NCBI GenBank assembly: GCA_001600815.1 | Contig: BCKZ01000007.1 | Location: forward strand, 1 to 64,000 | Direction of reading: 5' to 3' | Length of the DNA: 64,000 nucleotides | Source: Alloascoidea hylecoeti | Taxonomy: Eukaryota | Part shown: positions 60,220 through 64,000 of the stretch, one piece after another | How positions within the stretch are numbered: the stretch's first letter is position 1 | Layout: each line of letters begins with the position of its first letter | Notes under the pieces: generated by a model | The model's database searches: none | The model's input: the letters and a program-made list of their open reading frames with translations, nothing else | What the model was told of the DNA's origin: nothing | Made by a program: the position numbers and the translations under genes

Positions 60220-61151
60220 ATTTTCGTGTTTAGCCTACCCTAAATGAAAGTTGGAGTTGGAAACATTTTTCAAATTATCCAAGTCAGTATCACATTTACT
60301 CTGTGCGGGATAATGGCATTTTTGAACAGTGTTTGTTTGGCACGTTACAGGTATGCAATGATGGTATAGCAGCCGAGTCACATGATATGATTTTCAGATT
60401 AATTATGACGTAGGGAGCGATGGTTAATTTTTCTTGACAGTTGAGATAAATCCGAAACACAATAAATTGTCACCAAAACATTGAAAACAACATCTCGGGA
60501 TGACCTTTTGATGGCGATTATAGATCACGAGGGTTCGAAAATATACGAGACGTTCCATGGTTCTATTCTAATTTCTAATGTTGATAAAAATCTAGAACCT
60601 TCAAACCAAACGCATAATGGTATTAGTGGGTGATCAGCGGCCAGCCATTATTGAATCTAGATTTTAACGGCCATACATTAATATTTGTATAAAGAGGGAA
60701 AAAGAATCACATTTATTTAAAAAAAAAAAGCCTAGATCTTTCTATTATCATACCTAGATTTTAAAAAAAGCAATGTCGATCATAAAATTAGCTGTTAGCT
60801 GGTTTATTTAATGTTGTAGCGTAGTTTTATCAAGCTAGATCCACGCTTTTCCCACGTTAAGCCACATCTTCAGGATAAACACTACTATTCATAAACAATA
60901 TGATAACAAAATATATGATAAAAATAAAGGATGACCATAAAATATAAGAGCTTAATATAACAAATTTTAGAAAATTATCACTAACAGATTTTAAACACGC
61001 ATCATTTCATTATAAATATGGCAAATATGGCAGTCACAAGGGTACAAGTAAAAATCAACAATAATTTAAGCAAAACCCCCACCCCTCTTATTATAAAAAT
61101 TTAAGCTCACAAAAATAAAACACCCTGAGTATATATTTATATTCTGATATA

Positions 61152-61739
61152 TTAAGCTGTAGTTGCTTCTCCTATGTTAGTATCATTGTTTGTAGAAATT
61201 GTTGTTGTTGTAGTGGAATCATTTACAACAGATCGTAACTGATCTTCAATTCCTAAATATTTAGTTAAAAATAATTTAGTTTCTTCAAATTCATTTCTAA
61301 CCTGTTGTAAAGTTTCATTAATTAATCTTAAATAAAAATCATCATTTTCACGACCACCTGTATTGAAAACATCTAAATTTCGTCTTGCTCCATAATTTTG
61401 AATCTTCTCACATGATTTCTGGATCTTCACTAATCCTAAACTTGCCGCACTTCCCTTTATGTAATGGCCAAGGTTATTTAAAGCAGTCAGATCATGACGG
61501 CTTAACGCTTCATCTATCTTAGCAAAAATTGAATCGGCCTGATCACAAAAATTAAGGAAAAGATTTGAAGAAAATGAATCTTCATCTTCGTCCATAGCTA
61601 GTATTTCATTAAAGATCGACCAATCCACCAAGTCCGGTCGATGTTGTATATCCTTGGAAGAAATCTCTTGTTGGGAAAGTGAGGTGGCGGAGGAAGTGGT
61701 TGCTATTGATTTTGGAGATTGCACAGGAGAAGCACTCAT
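61152..61739 (-). CDS. YPD1: Histidine phosphotransfer (HPt) protein, 195 aa
   Basis: DWSIFNEILAMDEDE and LGHYIKGSAASLGL..CEKIQNYG motifs. Confidence 0.96.
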   Translation of the reverse strand: MSASPVQSPKSIATTSSATSLSQQEISSKDIQHRPDLVDWSIFNEILAMDEDEDSFSSNLFLNFCDQADSIFAKIDEALSRHDLTALNNLGHYIKGSAASLGLVKIQKSCEKIQNYGARRNLDVFNTGGRENDDFYLRLINETLQQVRNEFEETKLFLTKYLGIEDQLRSVVNDSTTTTTISTNNDTNIGEATTA

Positions 61740-61817
61740 TTATAAATATTATGTTATGATGGATTTACGTAGAAGGAAAGCCAAAAAGTGTCATATATAA
61801 ATCCGTGACACTTTATT

Positions 61818-61825
61818 TACCCGGC
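61818..61825 (+). promoter_or_regulatory. Reb1-type site in the 167-bp divergent YPD1/RAP1 promoter
   Basis: TTACCCGG centred in the intergenic region. Confidence 0.6.
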
Positions 61826-61906
61826 TTCCACTCGGCCTCTTGGTGATTATGTAATGTTATTTGTTCACTTTTTCAAACCTCCGTCAATCAACAGAACAAC
61901 CAAACA

Positions 61907-62845
61907 ATGTCAGAGATTGATGCTTCACTGCTTGCCCAGTCCGCCCTCGCCCAATCCGTCCAGGCAAAGCGAAGTCACAGACCCGACAAATCAACGCGTG
62001 TAACGCAGCAAACTTCTCCATACTCTACAGTTAAAAAAACTCGTCATAAAAACATTTTCACACCAGATGAAGATTCATTAATATTAGATATGGTTAGACA
62101 TTCGCCAGAAAAAAGATATTCACACGATTTTTATCATTCATTAGTTGATCGATTACCAAGACATACAGCAGCTTCAATTAGAGATCGATATAGACGCGTT
62201 TTGGATCCGAAATTAGGATGGGTTTATAAAAATCCTGAAATTGGTGACTATTCAAAAGTACCAATTCCAACAAAAACTCTTAAAATGAAATTTACTGATA
62301 CTGATGATTATGATTTATGTTTACATTTATTAGAAAATGATGGGAAAAGATCTTTAAGTTTTTTTGAAGAATATGCTTCTTTAAATCCAAGACATTCTGG
62401 AAATTCCTATCGTTATAGATATCGTAAAGTTATTGTACCAAAAGGTATCAATACAATTATTGAACAATATAGAACTATTCCTGATGAACAACGACAACAA
62501 CTAGTATTTGAACAACAAAGAAGTGTACGACCTGGTAATGCTCATGAAATTCATGATGATGATCATAGTGATAATCATAATCATAATCATAATCATACGC
62601 CTGTTAATAATGATGATGTTGTAAATGCTGTTGGTTTTGTTAATGCTTTAACTGAAGCTTCCAGATCAAATGTTGATCATAATGTAAATCAATTTGATAT
62701 TGCTACTGCAAAAAGAGCTTTAGAAGCTTATAATATAACAAGAGATGGAGAAAATCATACAAATGAACAATCACCAACAGAAGAGGAACGAGAAAAATCT
62801 GCAGATTTAGATGTTATTGATGATGCTTTATTGAATGTAAATTAA
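61907..62845 (+). CDS. RAP1: Rap1-like protein with tandem Myb domains, 312 aa
   Basis: FTPDEDSLILDMVR...HTAASIRDRYR..L...L.WVY, then KFTDTDDYDL...FFEEYA...HSGNSYRYRYRK. Confidence 0.82.
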   Translation: MSEIDASLLAQSALAQSVQAKRSHRPDKSTRVTQQTSPYSTVKKTRHKNIFTPDEDSLILDMVRHSPEKRYSHDFYHSLVDRLPRHTAASIRDRYRRVLDPKLGWVYKNPEIGDYSKVPIPTKTLKMKFTDTDDYDLCLHLLENDGKRSLSFFEEYASLNPRHSGNSYRYRYRKVIVPKGINTIIEQYRTIPDEQRQQLVFEQQRSVRPGNAHEIHDDDHSDNHNHNHNHTPVNNDDVVNAVGFVNALTEASRSNVDHNVNQFDIATAKRALEAYNITRDGENHTNEQSPTEEEREKSADLDVIDDALLNVN

Positions 62846-63198
62846 ACTTCAAGAAACTTCCCCTCCTATGTTATTTCAATTACAAGTGATACTGCAAAAA
62901 ATATATCAGGTATACCTTATAATCAGAATTTGTCTGTTTTTTTTTTCTATTAATTTGCTTGCTTGCCTTGAATTTCTTTGACTTGTACTACTATTATATA
63001 TTTTATCTAATACTTTTGTAATTTAGTTATATTTCTTTAATTTTGCTTTTTTTAGAAAGTTATTATTTTAAATTTTGTAATTTTACAAACATGCAAGTAA
63101 TTTTCAAATCAATTATAACTTAACTATCTTATTTTATATATTAAGCAACTCTATATATATCCAACATCAAACATATAATTATATTATATATAAATATT

Positions 63199-64000
63199 TT
63201 AAAATAATGATTTTAATCTATACCTATGAAATTTATTAAAATTTTTAAAATTGGCTATATTTTTTCTAAAATTTAAAATATCATTTAAATCTTTAATTAT
63301 AAAAATTTTATTTTTTTCACGTTTTAAAATTTTTATTGTTATAAAATAATTAATTGAATTTTTAATTAATTCTTTATTAACTGATTCATAATATTCAATT
63401 TTTCCTTCATGATATAATGTTTTACCTAATGTTTGTGTAATATTAATAAATTCATTTATATCCATACAATTTAAATTTTCATTTTTAGAATTTGAATTCG
63501 TTGTTTGTGTTTCTGATTCATTTGTTGGATATACTTGATAAATTTTTGATAAAATTGTTGAAATTGATAAGATTGTTAACCAATATCCTTCAATAAATGG
63601 CCATGTTGTAGCACAATAAAATAAAAAATGTTTATAAGATTCTTTATTATCATTAATTGAAACTAAAACATCATCATCATTACCTTCTTTATTTCTTTCT
63701 AAAATAAAAATATTTTGTTTTTCTAAATTAAGTAATGTTAATTCTAAATTTGTTGTTAAACCTTGTGGACTAAATATAAATTCTTTTGATAATAATTTTG
63801 ATAAAAATTGAACTTGAATTTCTAATTCTGAAATTTTAATTTTAATTTTACCATTAATTAATCTTAATGAGTTAAAAGAAATACAAACAATTGCTTCACT
63901 TATAAATAAATGAATCATCATATTTCTATAATAACTCAATTGAAAAGGATCTAAAACACAATAAATTGGTTCATAAATTGTATCAAATTCATCTCTTTCA
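63199..64000 (-). CDS. C-terminal part of a GPAT/DHAPAT (PlsB/GNPAT-type) acyltransferase; runs off the window
   Basis: FQLSYYRNMMIHLFISEAIV, FLSKLLSKEFIF, WPFIEGYW and GKTLYHEGKIEYYESVNKE motifs. Confidence 0.78.
   Translation of the reverse strand, partial: ERDEFDTIYEPIYCVLDPFQLSYYRNMMIHLFISEAIVCISFNSLRLINGKIKIKISELEIQVQFLSKLLSKEFIFSPQGLTTNLELTLLNLEKQNIFILERNKEGNDDDVLVSINDNKESYKHFLFYCATTWPFIEGYWLTILSISTILSKIYQVYPTNESETQTTNSNSKNENLNCMDINEFINITQTLGKTLYHEGKIEYYESVNKELIKNSINYFITIKILKREKNKIFIIKDLNDILNFRKNIANFKNFNKFHRYRLKSLF

Overview
AT-rich budding-yeast (Saccharomycotina-like) nuclear DNA containing short spliceosomal introns. The left ~22.6 kb is gene-poor and repeat-rich. It holds an assembly gap, a FAS1 fragment, MITE-like inverted-repeat elements, Tc1- and pogo-type transposase remnants, a decayed Ty1/copia element, and five copies of an unusually short (91-93 bp) TG...CA LTR-like element. 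Four of those copies have perfect 5-bp target-site duplications and one is followed by a tRNA-iMet-like primer-binding site. Two intact nitrogen-scavenging transporter genes (OPT family, DUR3) sit within this block. The rest of the window is mostly housekeeping genes: a YVC1-like TRP channel, DUG2, pyridoxal kinase, INH1, MTW1, RPA43, CPR6, SCM3, COA4, a septin, a PWWP protein, a RING-H2 protein, an RRM protein, YPD1, a RAP1-like gene and the 3' end of a GPAT/DHAPAT gene. It also contains an old inverted duplication (Sec31-like plus F-box/WD40 debris), a Sec31 paralog lacking the WD40 propeller, and an orphan PD-(D/E)xK nuclease + kinase gene whose architecture resembles Spok/Crinkler-type selfish or toxin genes. 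All calls come from motif recognition by eye; no database searches were run.
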